Assembly (NCBI GenBank): GCA_964016885.1
Contig: OZ024764.1
Span: forward strand, 5,952,001 to 6,016,000
Direction: 5' to 3'
Origin: Eledone cirrhosa
Taxonomy: Eukaryota
Length of the DNA: 64,000 bases
Shown: positions 50,515 to 64,000 of the stretch, piece by piece
How the letters are laid out: each line of letters opens with the position of its first letter
Numbering within the stretch: position 1 is the stretch's first letter
Position numbers and translations under genes: made by a program
Notes under the pieces: model-generated
The model's input: the letters and a program-made list of their open reading frames with translations, nothing else
The model's database searches: none
What the model was told of the DNA's origin: nothing

Positions 50515-53500
50515 CAGGTAGATATATACAGACAGACAGACCAGGTAGATATATACCGACAGACAGACCAGGTAGATATATACAGACAGACCAGGTAGAT
50601 ATATATACAGACAGACAGACCAGGTAGATATATACAGACAGACAGACCAGGTAGATATATACAGACAGACCAGGTAGATATATATACAGACAGACAGACC
50701 AGGTAGATATATACAGACAGACAGACCAGGTAGATATATACAGACAGACCAGGTAGATATATACAGACAGACAGACCAGGTAGATATATACAGACAGACA
50801 GACCAGGTAGATATATACAGACAGACAGACCAGGTAGATATATACAGACAGACCAGGTAGATATATAAAGACAGACAGACCAGGTAGATATATACAGACA
50901 AACAGACCCGGTAGATATATACAGACAGACAGACCAGGTAGATATATACAGACAGACACACCAGGTAGATATATAAAGACAGACAGACCAGGTAGATATA
51001 TACAGACAGACAGACCAGGTAGATAGATATATACAGACAGACAGACCAGGTAGATATATACAGACAGACAGACCAGGTAGATATATACAGACAGACAGAC
51101 CAGGTAGATATATACAGACAGACAGACCAGGTAGATATATACAGACAAACAGACCAGGTAGATATATACAGACAGACCAGGTAGATATATACGGACAGAC
51201 AGACCAGGTAGATATATACAGACAGACAGACAAGGTAGATATATACAGACAGACAGACCAGGTAGATATATACAGACAGACAGACCAGGTAGATATATAC
51301 AGACAGACAGACCAGGTAGATATATACAGACAAACAGACCAGGTAGATATATAAAGACAGACAGACCAGGTAGATATATACAGACAGACAGACCAGGTAG
51401 ATATATACAGACAAACAGACCAGGTAGATATATACAGACAGACAGACCAGGTAGATATATACAGACAGACAGACCAGGTAGATATATATAGACAGACAGA
51501 CCAGGTAGATATATACAGACAGACAGACCAGGTAGATATATAAAGACTGACAGACCAGGTAGATATATACAGACAGACAGACCAGGTAGATATATACAGA
51601 CAGACCAGGTAGATATATAAAGACAGACCAGGTAGATATATAAAGACAGACCAGGTAGATATATACAGACAGACAGACCAGGTAGATATATACAGACAGA
51701 CAGACCAGGTAGGTATATACAGACAGACAGACCAGGTAGATATATATAGACAGACAGACCAGGTAGATATATACAGACAAACAGACCAGGTAGATATATA
51801 TAGACAGATAGACCAGGTAGATATATACAGACAGACAGACCAGGTAGATATATACAGACAGACCAGGTAGATGTATACAGACAAACAGACGAGGTAGATA
51901 TATACAGACAGACAGACCAGGTAGTTATATAAAGACAGACAGACCAGGTAGATATATACAGACAGACAGACCAGGTAGATATATAAACACTGACAGACCA
52001 GGTAGATATATACAGACAGACAGACCAGGTAGATATATATACAGACAGACAGACCAGGTAGATATATACAGACAGACAGACCAGGTAGATATATACAGAC
52101 AGACAGACCAGGTAGATATATACAGACAGACAGACCAGGTAGATATATACAGACAGACAGACCAGGTAGATATATACAGACAGACAGACCAGGTAGATAT
52201 ATACAGACAGACCAGGTAGATATATACAGACAGACATACCAGGTAGATATATACAGGCAGACAGACCAGGTAGATATATATAGAGAGACAGACCAGGTAG
52301 ATATATACAGACAGACAGACCAGGTAGATATATACAGACAGACAGACCAGGTAGATATATACAGACAGACCAGGTAGATATATAAAGACAGACAGACCAG
52401 GTAGATATATACAGACAGACAGACCAGGTAGATATATACAGACAGACAGACCAGGTAGATATATACAGACAGACAGACCAGGTAGATATATACAGACAGA
52501 CCAGGTAGATATATAAAGACAGACCAGGTAGATATATAAAGACAGACCAGGTAGATATATACAGACAGACAGACCAGGTAGATATATACAGACAGACCAG
52601 GTAGATATATATAGACAGACAGACCAGGTAGATATAGACAGACAGACAGACCAGGTAGATATATACAGACAGACAGACCAGGTAGATATATACAGACAGA
52701 CAGACCAGGTAGATATATACAGACAGACACACCAGGTAGATATATACAGACAGACCAGGTAGATATATACAGACAGACAGACCAGGTAGATATATACAGA
52801 CAGACAGACCAGGTATATATATACAGACAGACAGACCAGGTAGATATATACAGACAAACAGACCAGGTAGATATATACAGACAGACCAGGTAGATATATA
52901 CAGACAGACAGACCAGGTAGATATATACAGACAGACAGACCAGGTAGATATATACAGACAGACAGACAAGGTAGATATATACAGACAGACAGACCAGGTA
53001 GATATATACAGACAGACACACCAGGTAGATATATACAGACAGACCAGGTAGATATATACAGACAGACAGACCAGGTAGATATATACAGACAGACAGACCA
53101 GGTAGATATATACAGACAGACAGACCAGGTATATATATACAGACAGACAGACCAGGTAGATATATACAGACAAACAGACCAGGTAGATATATACAGACAG
53201 ACCAGGTAGATATATACAGACAGACAGACAAGGTAGATATATACAGACAGACAGACCAGGTAGATATATACAGACAGACAGACCAGGTAGATATATATAG
53301 ACAGACAGACCAGGTAGATATATACAGACAGACAGACCAGGTAGATATAAAGACAGACAGACCAGGTAGATATATACAGACAGACAGACCAGGTAGATAT
53401 AAAGACAGACAGACCAGGTAGATATATACAGACAGACAGACCAGGTAGATATATACAGACAGACAGACAGACCAGGTAGATATAAAGACAGACAGACCAG

Positions 53501-55243
53501 GTAGATATATACAGACAGACAGACCAGGTAGATATAAAGACAGACAGACCAGGTAGATATATACAGACAGACAGACCAGGTAGATATATACAGACAGACA
53601 GACCAGGTAGATATATAAAGACAGACAGACCAGGTAGATATATACAAACAGACAGACCAGGTAGATATATAAAGACAGACAGACCAGGTAGGTATATACA
53701 GACAGACAGACCAGGTAGATATATACAGACAGACAGACCAGGTAGATATATACAGACAGACAGACCAGGTAAATATATACAGACAGACAGACCAGGTAGA
53801 TATATACAGACAGACAGACCAGGTAGATATATACAGACAGACCAGGTAGATATATACAGACAAACAGACCAGGTAGATATATATAGACAGACAGACCAGG
53901 TAGATATATACAGACAGACAGACCAGGTAGATATATACAGACAGACAGACCAGGTAGATATATACAGAGAAACAGACCAGGTAGATATATAAAGACAGAC
54001 AGACCAGGTAGATATATAAAGACAGACAGACCAGGTAGATATATACAGACAGACAGACCAGGTAGATATATACAGACAGACAGACAAGGTAGATATATAC
54101 AGACAGACAGACTAGGTAGATATAGACAGACAGACCAGGTAGATATATACAGACAAACAGACCAGGTAGATATATATAGACAGACAGACCAGGTAGATAT
54201 ATAAAGACAGACAGACCAGGTAGATATATACAGACAGACAGACCAGGTAGATATATACAGACAGACAGACAAGGTAGATATATAATGACAGACAGACCAG
54301 GTAGATATATACAGACAGACAGACCAGGTAGATATATACAGACAGACAGACCAGGTAGATATATACAGACAGACAGACCAGGTAGATATATAAAGACAGA
54401 CAGACCAGGTAGATATATACAGACAGACAGACCAGGTAGATATATACAGACAGACAGACCAGGTAGATATATAAAGACAGACAGACCAGGTAGATATATA
54501 TACAGACAGACAGACCAGGTAGATATATACAGACAGACAGACAAGGTAGATATATAAAGACAGACAGACCAGGTAGGTATATACAGACAGACAGACCAGG
54601 TAGATATATACAGACAGACAGACCAGGTAGATATATACAGACAGACAGACCAGGTAGATATATACAGACAGACAGACCAGGTAGATATATATAGACAGAC
54701 AGACCAGGTAGATATATACAGACAGACAGACCAGGTAGATATATAAAGACAGACAGACCAGGTAGATATATACAGACAGACAGACCAGGTAGATATATAA
54801 AGACAGACAGACCAGGTAGATATATATACAGACAGACAGACCAGGTAGATATATACAGACAGACAGACAAGGTAGATATATAAAGACAGACAGACCAGGT
54901 AGGTATATACAGACAGACAGACCAGGTAGATATATACAGACAGACAGACCAGGTAGATATATACAGACAGACAGACCAGGTAGATATATACAGACAGACC
55001 AGGTAGATATATACAGACAGACAGACCAGGTAGATATATACAGACAGACAGACCAGGTAGATATATATAGACAGACAGACCAGGTAGATATATACAGACA
55101 GACCAGGTAGATATATAAAGACAGACAGACCAGGTAGATATATAAAGACAGACAGACCAGGTAGATATATAAAGACAGACCAGGTAGATATATAAAGACA
55201 GACAGACCAGGTAGATATATACAGACAGACCAGGTAGATATAT
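50513..55243. repeat. 27-bp minisatellite (23-31 bp variants), about 180 copies
   Basis: Unit CAGGTAGATATATACAGACAGACAGAC. Confidence 0.97.
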
Positions 55244-55530
55244 ATTATTATATATATACACACACACACATACATTATTATATACACACACACATACATT
55301 ATATACACACACATACATTATTATATATATACACACACACATACATTATTATACATACATACATACATTATTATATATATACACACACATACATTATTAT
55401 ATACACACATATACATTATTATATATACACATACATTATTATATATATACACACACACATACATTATTATATATACACACACATACATATTATTATATAT
55501 ATACACACACACACACACATACATTATTAT

Positions 55531-55633
55531 GCCGAGGTTGACTTTGCCTTTCATCCTTACGGGGTCGATAAAATAAAGTACCAGTAATACACTGGGTAAT
55601 TTCTGGCCTTGTGCCTAAAGTAGAAACAATTAT
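55531..55633 (+). mobile_element. SINE family A, 3' half
   Basis: GCCGAGGTTGACTTTGCCTTTCATCCTTACGGGGTCGATAAAATAAAGTACCAG. Confidence 0.85.
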
Positions 55634-55859
55634 TATATATATATACACAGACAGACCAGTTATATTACTTTCTCACACACACATATATATACACACACAC
55701 AAAAACAGACTAGTTACATTACTCACACACACACACAGACCAGTTATATAACTACTCTCAACCACACTAGTGACATTACACACACACACAGACAGTCATT
55801 TCCACAGAATATTGGTTTTAATGGCTGCAACTGAGCAAATGTAGAGATACAGACAGATA

Positions 55860-56165
55860 TACAATATATTAACAAATGGAAACTATATTTATAAAACCAT
55901 ATTTATTTCATTATACATATTTCAAGGACACCAAAGCAAATTATGGTGCGCTTTCATCAGATAAAAAATAATATATCCAGGATTTTCCAACCGACATGTT
56001 GTCATGACATACTTTAAGGGTATGTCAATATTTGTTTATAAAACTGATCTATATTATATTTTATCTGATGAAAGCGCACCATAATTTGCTTTGGTGTCCT
56101 TGAAATATGTATAATGAAATAAATATGGTTTTATAAATATAGTTTCCATTTTTTAATATATTGTA
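55860..56165. mobile_element. fold-back Penelope-like module, HHR on each strand (minus 55906-55966, plus 56059-56119)
   Basis: TTTTAT-CTGATGA-AAGCGCACCA..TGGTGTCCTT-GAAA-TATGTA-TA-ATGAAATAAA, about 110-bp arms. Confidence 0.82.
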
Positions 56166-56269
56166 TTTTTACTCCAAAAATTTGTTGAGTGCTTTATATC
56201 AGTTATAAAAATATTTGCTTGGTGTATCCCAACAAATTAAATATAACTTCTATATATATATATATATTA

Positions 56270-56435
56270 TTTCATTTTCATCATCATTTCATTTTATGTC
56301 CACTTTTCCCTGCTTGCAAGGGTGGGACGGGAACTGATTCTGGCTTGATTTCTACAGCTGTATGCCCTTCCTAACACCAACCTCATTTACAGTGAGTGCT
56401 GGGTGCTTTTTTGCTGTGGCACCTCCACGACCACT
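56270..56435 (-). mobile_element. SINE family B, 3' half
   Basis: Matches 19240-19435 and the reverse complement of 30810-30960. Confidence 0.85.
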
Positions 56436-56557
56436 TATTGGTTGTGTAAAATGGTCCAATAACTTTATGTTAGCAATATTAAGTTCTCCAGGCTTTCGTA
56501 TATCTCCAATTCCATTCAAGGGAACAGCTAGATGATGTAAAACGGAGTATAAGTATC

Positions 56558-56909
56558 AAAATGAAAATCTGAAGGCAAGGTAAAATTCCAATCATTTTAA
56601 TCACGACACATGTTTCAATAAGAGATAGATCTATTGTGAAGCCATGATCGATTATCACTGATCTCATCAGGTGAAAATGAATTGTCTTCAAATTCTTGAT
56701 ATGAGGGAGACAAAATAACGATGTTCTCTCACAGAATTCATTCCCTCATATTTTATCTCCCTGTTCTCAAGAATTTGAAGACAATGCATTTTCACCTGAT
56801 GAGATCAGTGATAATTGATCATGGCTTCACAATTGATCTATCTCTTATTGAAACATGTGTCGTGATTAAAATGATTGGAATTTTACCTTGCCTTCGGATT
56901 TTCATTTTT
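56558..56909. mobile_element. fold-back Penelope-like module, HHR on each strand (minus 56601-56674, plus 56792-56865)
   Basis: TCAC-CTGATGA-GAT(long stem II)ATT-GAAAC-ATGT-GTC-GTGA, with palindromic ACATGT and a GUC site. Arms about 140-160 bp. Confidence 0.82.
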
Positions 56910-57104
56910 ATATGTAATATATATGGATATATATGTATATATATAGATGTAGAGGTACTGACGGATATACATATACATATATATATAGATGTAACGATAT
57001 ATACATATACATAGATGTAGAGATACAGACAGATATATATATAGAGAGAGATACAGACGCATATACATATATATATATATATATAGATGTAGAGATACAG
57101 ACAG

Positions 57105-57141
<37 letters not shown>

Positions 57142-57162
57142 GATGTAGAGATACAGATGGAT

Positions 57163-57199
<37 letters not shown>

Positions 57200-57212
57200 T
57201 AGATACAGACAG

Positions 57213-57255
<43 letters not shown>

Positions 57256-57272
57256 TGTAGAGATACAGACAG

Positions 57273-57303
<31 letters not shown>

Positions 57304-57318
57304 TGTAGAGATATAGAT

Positions 57319-57355
<37 letters not shown>

Positions 57356-57366
57356 AAGATATAGAT

Positions 57367-57415
<49 letters not shown>

Positions 57416-57428
57416 TAGATACAGACAG

Positions 57429-57469
<41 letters not shown>

Positions 57470-57498
57470 TGTAGAGATATAGATGTAGAGATATAGAT

Positions 57499-57541
<43 letters not shown>

Positions 57542-57678
57542 TACAGACAGATATACATATATATATATATATAGATGTAGAGATATAGATGGATATATAT
57601 ATATATATATATATATAGATAGATACAGACAGATATACATATATATATATATATATATATAGATGTAGAGATATAGAT

Positions 57679-57719
<41 letters not shown>

Positions 57720-57936
57720 AACCAGTAAGACCCCGACAGCTGAGCTCAAGCCGTTTCGACGGCTAATTCTGTCCAGAATTAGCCGTCGAAACGGCTTGAG
57801 CTCAGCTGTCGGGGTCTTACTGGTTCCTATTACCCACTCTACTACCTCAAGTATTGAGTACTTTGGTGCGTTATGGTCCACCTGGTTCCTTACCACATTT
57901 CCTTCGTTATATATATATAGATGTAGAGATACAGAT

Positions 57937-57989
<53 letters not shown>

Positions 57990-58230
57990 TAGATAGATAG
58001 ACAGACAGATATACATATATATATATATATATAGATGTAGAGATATAGATGGATATACATATATATATATATATAGATAGATACAGACAGATATACATAT
58101 ATATATATATATATATATAGATGTAGAGATACAGATGGATATATATATATATATATATATAGATGTAGAGATATAGATGGATATATATATATAGATACAG
58201 ACAGATATACATAGATGTAGAGATACAGAT

Positions 58231-58265
<35 letters not shown>

Positions 58266-58540
58266 TAGATACAGACAGATATACATATATATATATAGAT
58301 GTAGAGATATAGATGGATATACATATATATATAGAGAGATGTAGAGATACAGACGCATATAAACATATACACATACATACACATAGATTTAGAGACAGAT
58401 GGATATATATGTACACGCATATATATACACATACAGATGTATAAATAGAAGGATATACATTTACACACATATATACACACACATACATACACATAGATGT
58501 ATGCATACAGTCGGATATACATATATATATATATATATAT
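56910..58540. repeat. (TA)n-based compound satellite
   Basis: TA runs separated by GATGTAGAGATACAGAC(A/T)G spacers. Confidence 0.93.
57715..57910 (+). mobile_element. Penelope-like terminal fragment with a perfect 57-bp-arm hairpin (57715-57830)
   Basis: ATAGGAACCAGTAAGACCCCGACAGCTGAGCTCAAGCCGTTTCGACGGCTAATTCTG-tc-exact reverse complement. Same family as 1706-1850. Confidence 0.85.
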
Positions 58541-58743
58541 GGAAATGCCAGTTGAAGGAAGACGTGGTAGAGGTAGACCACGAAAAACATGGGCGGAGGT
58601 GGTGAGAACAGACCTCAGATCATTGAAGCTCACGGTGGAGATGACGAGGGACCGTGACGAGTGGCGAGATGCTGTGCTGAATAAGACCCGTCCCACCCTT
58701 GCAAGCAGGGAAAAGCGGACGTAAAATGATGATGATGATGATG

Positions 58744-58745
<2 letters not shown>
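58539..58745 (+). mobile_element. RTE LINE extreme 3' end in (TA)n
   Basis: [34 protein letters not shown] + (ATG)n. Confidence 0.93.
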
Positions 58746-58790
<45 letters not shown>

Positions 58791-58988
58791 CATTTAAACA
58801 CACATACACATATAGATGTATACTTACATACACTCACAAGTATATAGTATAGATGATTATATATATATATATACGTTTGTATATGTATAATAAAGCCAAA
58901 ACAATGCAGGTATGGACGTAGAATTAAGAATGCAAATACAAAAGATATTGTTGACAATTAGTCTTTTACCTTAGATTTATTTAAATGT

Positions 58989-59023
58989 CCTTAATTTTCG
59001 AGATAATATCTCTTCTTCGGAGG
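58989..59023 (-). ncRNA. hammerhead-like motif (U4C core variant) in a TA-flanked element, about 58890-59535
   Basis: Minus: CCT-CCGAAGA-AGAGAT ATT ATCTC-GAAA-ATT-A-AGG, then AATAAA. The downstream flank is related to 18990-19075. Confidence 0.5.
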
Positions 59024-59533
59024 GAAGTAAAGCGGTTAAACCAGTGTTCTAAATAGCTATGTTGGGTGCGGATGCATTCATGTATATATGTGTGTGTCCG
59101 CATGTATCTGTGTGTTTCTAAATATATTGTTAATAACTCCCTCTGGTCGAGCAATCTTTGAAGTGTGGGGACAACTGGAAAGCTTCCATTACTCATACTT
59201 CTCGCCTTCTTCACTACCTCTTCTACGGCCTCGATATGAATACCCCCTCCGCCTCCGTGGTATTTTCTTCGTGGTTATAGGAGGCTTAGTTCTGTTTCTC
59301 GACCGTTATATCGCGTGACTATATCCCCCTCCGCCTTTTGGGATTCTTTCTCACGTCGTGTAGACGCGTTCTTGAGACTAGTAAAATGAGGTATCCTCTT
59401 GATAAGTCGGCAGACCTCGCAGGGACTCTATATCTTTGATATATTGTTTTTGTTTATGCCTCGAGGAATTTAGGAGCAGTTTAGGTATGATACATTTTAT
59501 TACTAATTATATCTAAATGTTTCTTCTCTCTTC

Positions 59534-59569
<36 letters not shown>

Positions 59570-59610
59570 CACACACACATATATATAGAGACAGAATCTT
59601 TAACAATAAA

Positions 59611-62600
59611 ACTGAGGTAAGCTCCTGTGGTAGACTGGTGTCCTGTCCAGGGGAGGGGAGTCTTGTACTGTCAGTCACTTAACACCAATGACACTGAGGT
59701 AAGCTCCTGTGGTAGACTGGTGTCCTGTCCAGGGGAGGGGAGTCTTGTACTGTCAGTCACTTAACACCAATGACACTGAGGTAAGCTCCTGTGGTAGACT
59801 GGTGTCCTGTCCAGGGGAGTCTTGTACTGTCAGTCACTTAACACCAATGACACTGAGGTAAGGTCCTGTGGTAGACTGGTGTCCTGTCCAGGGGAGTCTT
59901 GTACTGTCAGTCACTTAACACCAATGACACTGAGGTAAGCTCCTGTGGTAGACTGGTGTCCTGTCCAGAGGAAGGGAGTCTTGTACTGTCAGTCACTTAA
60001 CACCAATGACACTGAGGTAAGCTCCTGTGGTAGACTGGTGTCTTGTCCAGGGGAGTCTTGTACTGTCAGTCACTTAACACCAATGACACTGAGGTAAGCT
60101 CCTGTGGTAGACTGGTGTCCTGTCCAGAGGAAGGGAGTCTTGTACTGTCAGTCACTTAACACCAATGACACTGAGGTAAGCTCCTGTGGTAGACTGGTGT
60201 CTTGTCCAGGGGAGTCTTGTACTGTCAGTCACTTAACACCAATAACACTGAGGTAAGCTCCTGTGGTAGACTGGAGTCCTGTCCAGGGGAGGGGAGTCTT
60301 GTACTGTCAGTCACTTAACACCAATAACACTGAGGTAAACTCCTGTGGTAGACTGGTGTCCTGTCCAGAGGAAGGGAGTCTTGTACTGTCAGTCACTTAA
60401 CACCAATAACACTGAGGTAAGCTCCTGTGGTAGACTGGTGTCCTGTCCAGGGGAGACTTGTACTGTCAGTCACTTAACACCAATGACACTGAGGTAAGCT
60501 CCTGTGGTAGACTGGTGTCCTGTCCAGGGGAGTCTTGTACTGTCAGTCACTTAACACCAATGACACTGAGGTAAGCTCCTGTGGTAGACTGGTGTCCTGT
60601 CCAGGGGAGGGGAGACTTGTACTGTCAGTCACTTAACACCAATGACACTGAGGTAAGCTCCTGTGGTAGACTGGTGTCCTGTCCAGGGGAGGGGAGACTT
60701 GTACTGTCAGTCACTTAACACCAATGACACTGAGGTAAGCTCCTGTGGTAGACTGGTGTTCTGTCCAGGGGAGTCTTGTACTGTCAGTCACTTAACACCA
60801 ATGACACTGAGGTAAACTCCTGTGGTAGACTGGTGTCCTGTCCAGGGGAGTCTTGTACTGTCAGTCACTTAACACCAATGACACTGAGGTAAACTCCTGT
60901 GGTAGACTGGTGTCCTGTCCAGGGGAGGGGAGTCTTGTACTGTCAGTCACTTAACACCAATGACACTGAGGTAAGCTCCTGTGGTAGACTGGTGTCCTGT
61001 CCAGGGGAGTCTTGTACTGTCAGTCACTTAACACCAATGACACTGAGGTAAGCTCCTGTGGTAGACTGGTGTCCTGTCCAGGGGAGGGGAGTCTTGTACT
61101 GTCAGTCACTTAACACCAATGACACTGAGGTAAGCTCCTGTGGTAGACTGGTGTCCTGTCCAGGGGAGTCTTGTACTGTCAGTCACTTAACACCAATGAC
61201 ACTGAGGTAAGCTCCTGTGGCAGACTGGTGTCCTGTCCAGGGGAGTCTTGTACTGTCAGTCACTTAACACCAATGACACTGAGGTAAGCTCCTGTGGTAG
61301 ACTGGTGTCCTGTCCAGGGGAGGGGAGTCTTGTACTGTCAGTCACTTAACACCAATGACACTGAGGTAAGCTCCTGTGGTAGACTGGTGTCCTGTCCAGG
61401 GGAAGGGAGTCTTGTACTGTCAGTCACTTAACACCAATGACACTGAGGTAAGCTCCTGTGGTAGACTGGTGTCCTGTCCAGGGGAGGGGAGTCTTGTACT
61501 GTCAGTCACTTAACACCAATAACACTGAGGTAAGCTCCTGTGGTAGACTGGTGTCTTGTCCAGGGGAGTCTTGTACTGTCAGTCACTTAACACCAATGGC
61601 ACTGAGGTAAACTCCTGTGGTAGACTGGTGTCCTGTCCAGGGGAGTCTTGTACTGTCAGTCACTTAACACCAATGACACTGAGGTAAACTCCTGTGGTAG
61701 ACTGGTGTCCTGTCCAGGGGAGGGGAGTCTTGTACTGTCAGTCACTTAACACCAATGACACTGAGGTAAGCTCCTGTGGTAGACTGGTGTCCTGTCCAGG
61801 GGAGTCTTGTACTGTCAGTCACTTAACACCAATGACACTGAGGTAAACTCCTGTGGTAGACTGGTGTCCTGTCCAGGGGAGGGGAGTCTTGTACTGTCAG
61901 TCACTTAACACCAATGACACTGAGGTAAGCTCCTGTGGTAGACTGGTGTCCTGTCCAGGGGAGTCTTGTACTGTCAGTCACTTAACACCAATGGCACTGA
62001 GGTAAGCTCCTGTGGTAGACTGGTGTCCTGTCCAGGGGAGGGGAGTCTTGTACTGTCAGTCACTTAACACCAATGACACTGAGGTAAGCTCCTGTGGTAG
62101 ACTGGTGTCCTGTCCAGGGGAGTCTTGTACTGTCAGTCACTTAACACCAATGGCACTGAGGTAAGCTCCTGTGGTAGACTGGTGTCCTGTCCAGAGGAAG
62201 GGAGTCTTGTACTGTCAGTCACTTAACACCAATGACACTGAGGTAAGCTCCTGTGGTAGACTGGTGTCCTGTCCAGGGGAGGGGAGTCTTGTACTGTCAG
62301 TCACTTAACACCAATGGCACTGAGGTAAGCTCCTGTGGTAGACTGGTGTCCTGTCCAGGGGAGGGGAGTCTTGTACTGTCAGTCACTTAACACCAATGAC
62401 ACTGAGGTAAGCTCCTGTGGTAGACTGGTGTCCTGTCCAGGGGAGGGGAGTCTTGTACTGTCAGTCACTTAACACCAATGACACTGAGGTAAGCTCCTGT
62501 GGTAGACTGGTGTCCTGTCCAGGGGAGGGGAGTCTTGTACTGTCAGTCACTTAACACCAATGACACTGAGGTAAGCTCCTGTGGTAGACTGGTGTCCTGT

Positions 62601-64000
62601 CCAGGGGAGGGGAGTCTTGTACTGTCAGTCACTTAACACCAATGACACTGAGGTAAGCTCCTGTGGTAGACTGGTGTCCTGTCCAGGGGAGTCTTGTACT
62701 GTCAGTCACTTAACACCAATGACACTGAGGTAAGCTCCTGTGGTAGACTGGTGTCCTGTCCAGGGGAGTCTTGTACTGTCAGTCACTTAACACCAATGAC
62801 ACTGAGGTAAGCTCCTGTGGTAGACTGGTGTCCTGTCCAGGGGAGGGGAGTCTTGTACTGTCAGTCACTTAACACCAATGACACTGAGGTAAGCTCCTGT
62901 GGTAGACTGGTGTCCTGTCCAGGGGAGGGGAGTCTTGTACTGTCAGTCACTTAACACCAATAACACTGAGGTAAGCTCCTGTGGTAGACTGGTGTCCTGT
63001 CCAGGGGAAGGGAGACTTGTACTGTCAGTCACTTAACACCAATGACACTGAGGTAAGCTCCTGTGGTAGACTGGTGTCTTGTCCAGGGGAGTCTTGTACT
63101 GTCAGTCACTTAACACCAATGACACTGAGGTAAGCTCCTGTGGTAGACTGGTGTCCTGTCCAGGGGAAGGGAGTCTTGTACTGTCAGTCACTTAACACAA
63201 ATGACACTGAGGTAAGCTCCTGTGGTAGACTGGTGTCCTGTCCAGGGGAGTCTTGTACTGTCAGTCACTTAACACCAATGACACTGAGGTAAGCTCCTGT
63301 GGTAGACTGGTGTCCTGTCCAGGGGAAGGGAGTCTTGTACTGTCAGTCACTTAACACCAATGACACTGAGGTAAGCTCCTGTGGTAGACTGGTGTCCTGT
63401 CCAGGGGAAGGGAGACTTGTACTGTCAGTCACTTAACACCAATGACACTGAGGTAAGCTCCTGTGGTAGACTGGTGTCCTGTCCAGGGGAGGGGAGTCTT
63501 GTACTGTCAGTCACTTAACACCAATGACACTGAGGTAAGCTCCTGTGGTAGACTGGTGTCCTGTGCAGGGGAGGGGAGTCTTGTACTGTCAGTGACTTAA
63601 CACCAATAACACTGAGGTAAGCTCCTGTGGTAGACTGGTGTCTTGTCCAGGGGAGGGGAGTCTTGTACTGTCAGTCACTTAACACCAATGACACTGAGGT
63701 AAGCTCCTGTGGTAGACTGGTGTCCTGTCCAGGGGAGTCTTGTACTGTCAGTCACTTAACACCAATGACACTGAGGTAAGCTCCTGTGGTAGACTGGTGT
63801 CCTGTCCAGGGGAAGGGAGTCTTGTACTGTCAGTCACTTAACACCAATGACACTGAGGTAAGCTCCTGTGGTAGACTGGTGTCCTGTCCAGGGGAAGGGA
63901 GACTTGTACTGTCAGTCACTTAACACCAATGACACTGAGGTAAGCTCCTGTGGTAGACTGGTGTCCTGTCCAGGGGAAGGGAGTCTTGTACTGTCAGTCA
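59611..64000. repeat. 82/77-bp minisatellite, more than 50 copies, runs off the window
   Basis: Unit ACTGAGGTAAGCTCCTGTGGTAGACTGGTGTCCTGTCCAGGGGA(GGGGA)GTCTTGTACTGTCAGTCACTTAACACCAATGAC. Confidence 0.97.

Noticed and set aside
50299-55342. 1669-aa and overlapping ORFs
   Set aside because: 27-bp minisatellite lacking stops in all three minus-strand frames.
59611-64000. CRISPR-like regular arrays (here and at other minisatellites)
   Set aside because: No unique spacers, no cas genes, and a eukaryotic context.

Overview
Repeat-dense animal genomic DNA, most likely an octopus or related coleoid cephalopod (inferred from the SINE/RTE-LINE repertoire and TA/CA microsatellite density). The only host gene I can support is a minus-strand Nup88-like nucleoporin with three internal exons (22994-22825, 18358-18233, 12585-12331) that have canonical GT-AG sites and compatible phases. 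Its first exon and downstream exons were not found. The rest of the window is RTE LINEs, tRNA-derived SINEs, a Helentron-like element, a MITE, microsatellites and large minisatellites, several of which are tandemly amplified LINE/SINE segments. The most striking signal is a dense, sequence-diverse set of minimal type I hammerhead ribozyme (HHR) motifs: about 12 loci and 16 motifs counting both strands (CUGANGA-stem II-GAAA-short or palindromic stem III-NUH-stem I, often followed by AATAAA). They sit in short Penelope-like (pLTR) or retrozyme-like modules, mostly in or beside (TA)n tracts. Four loci are fold-back inverted repeats with an HHR on each strand, and one HHR on the Nup88 sense strand has a predicted cleavage site about 63 nt upstream of an exon acceptor. 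Coordinates were read by eye and may be off by a few bases. No database search or folding computation was run.
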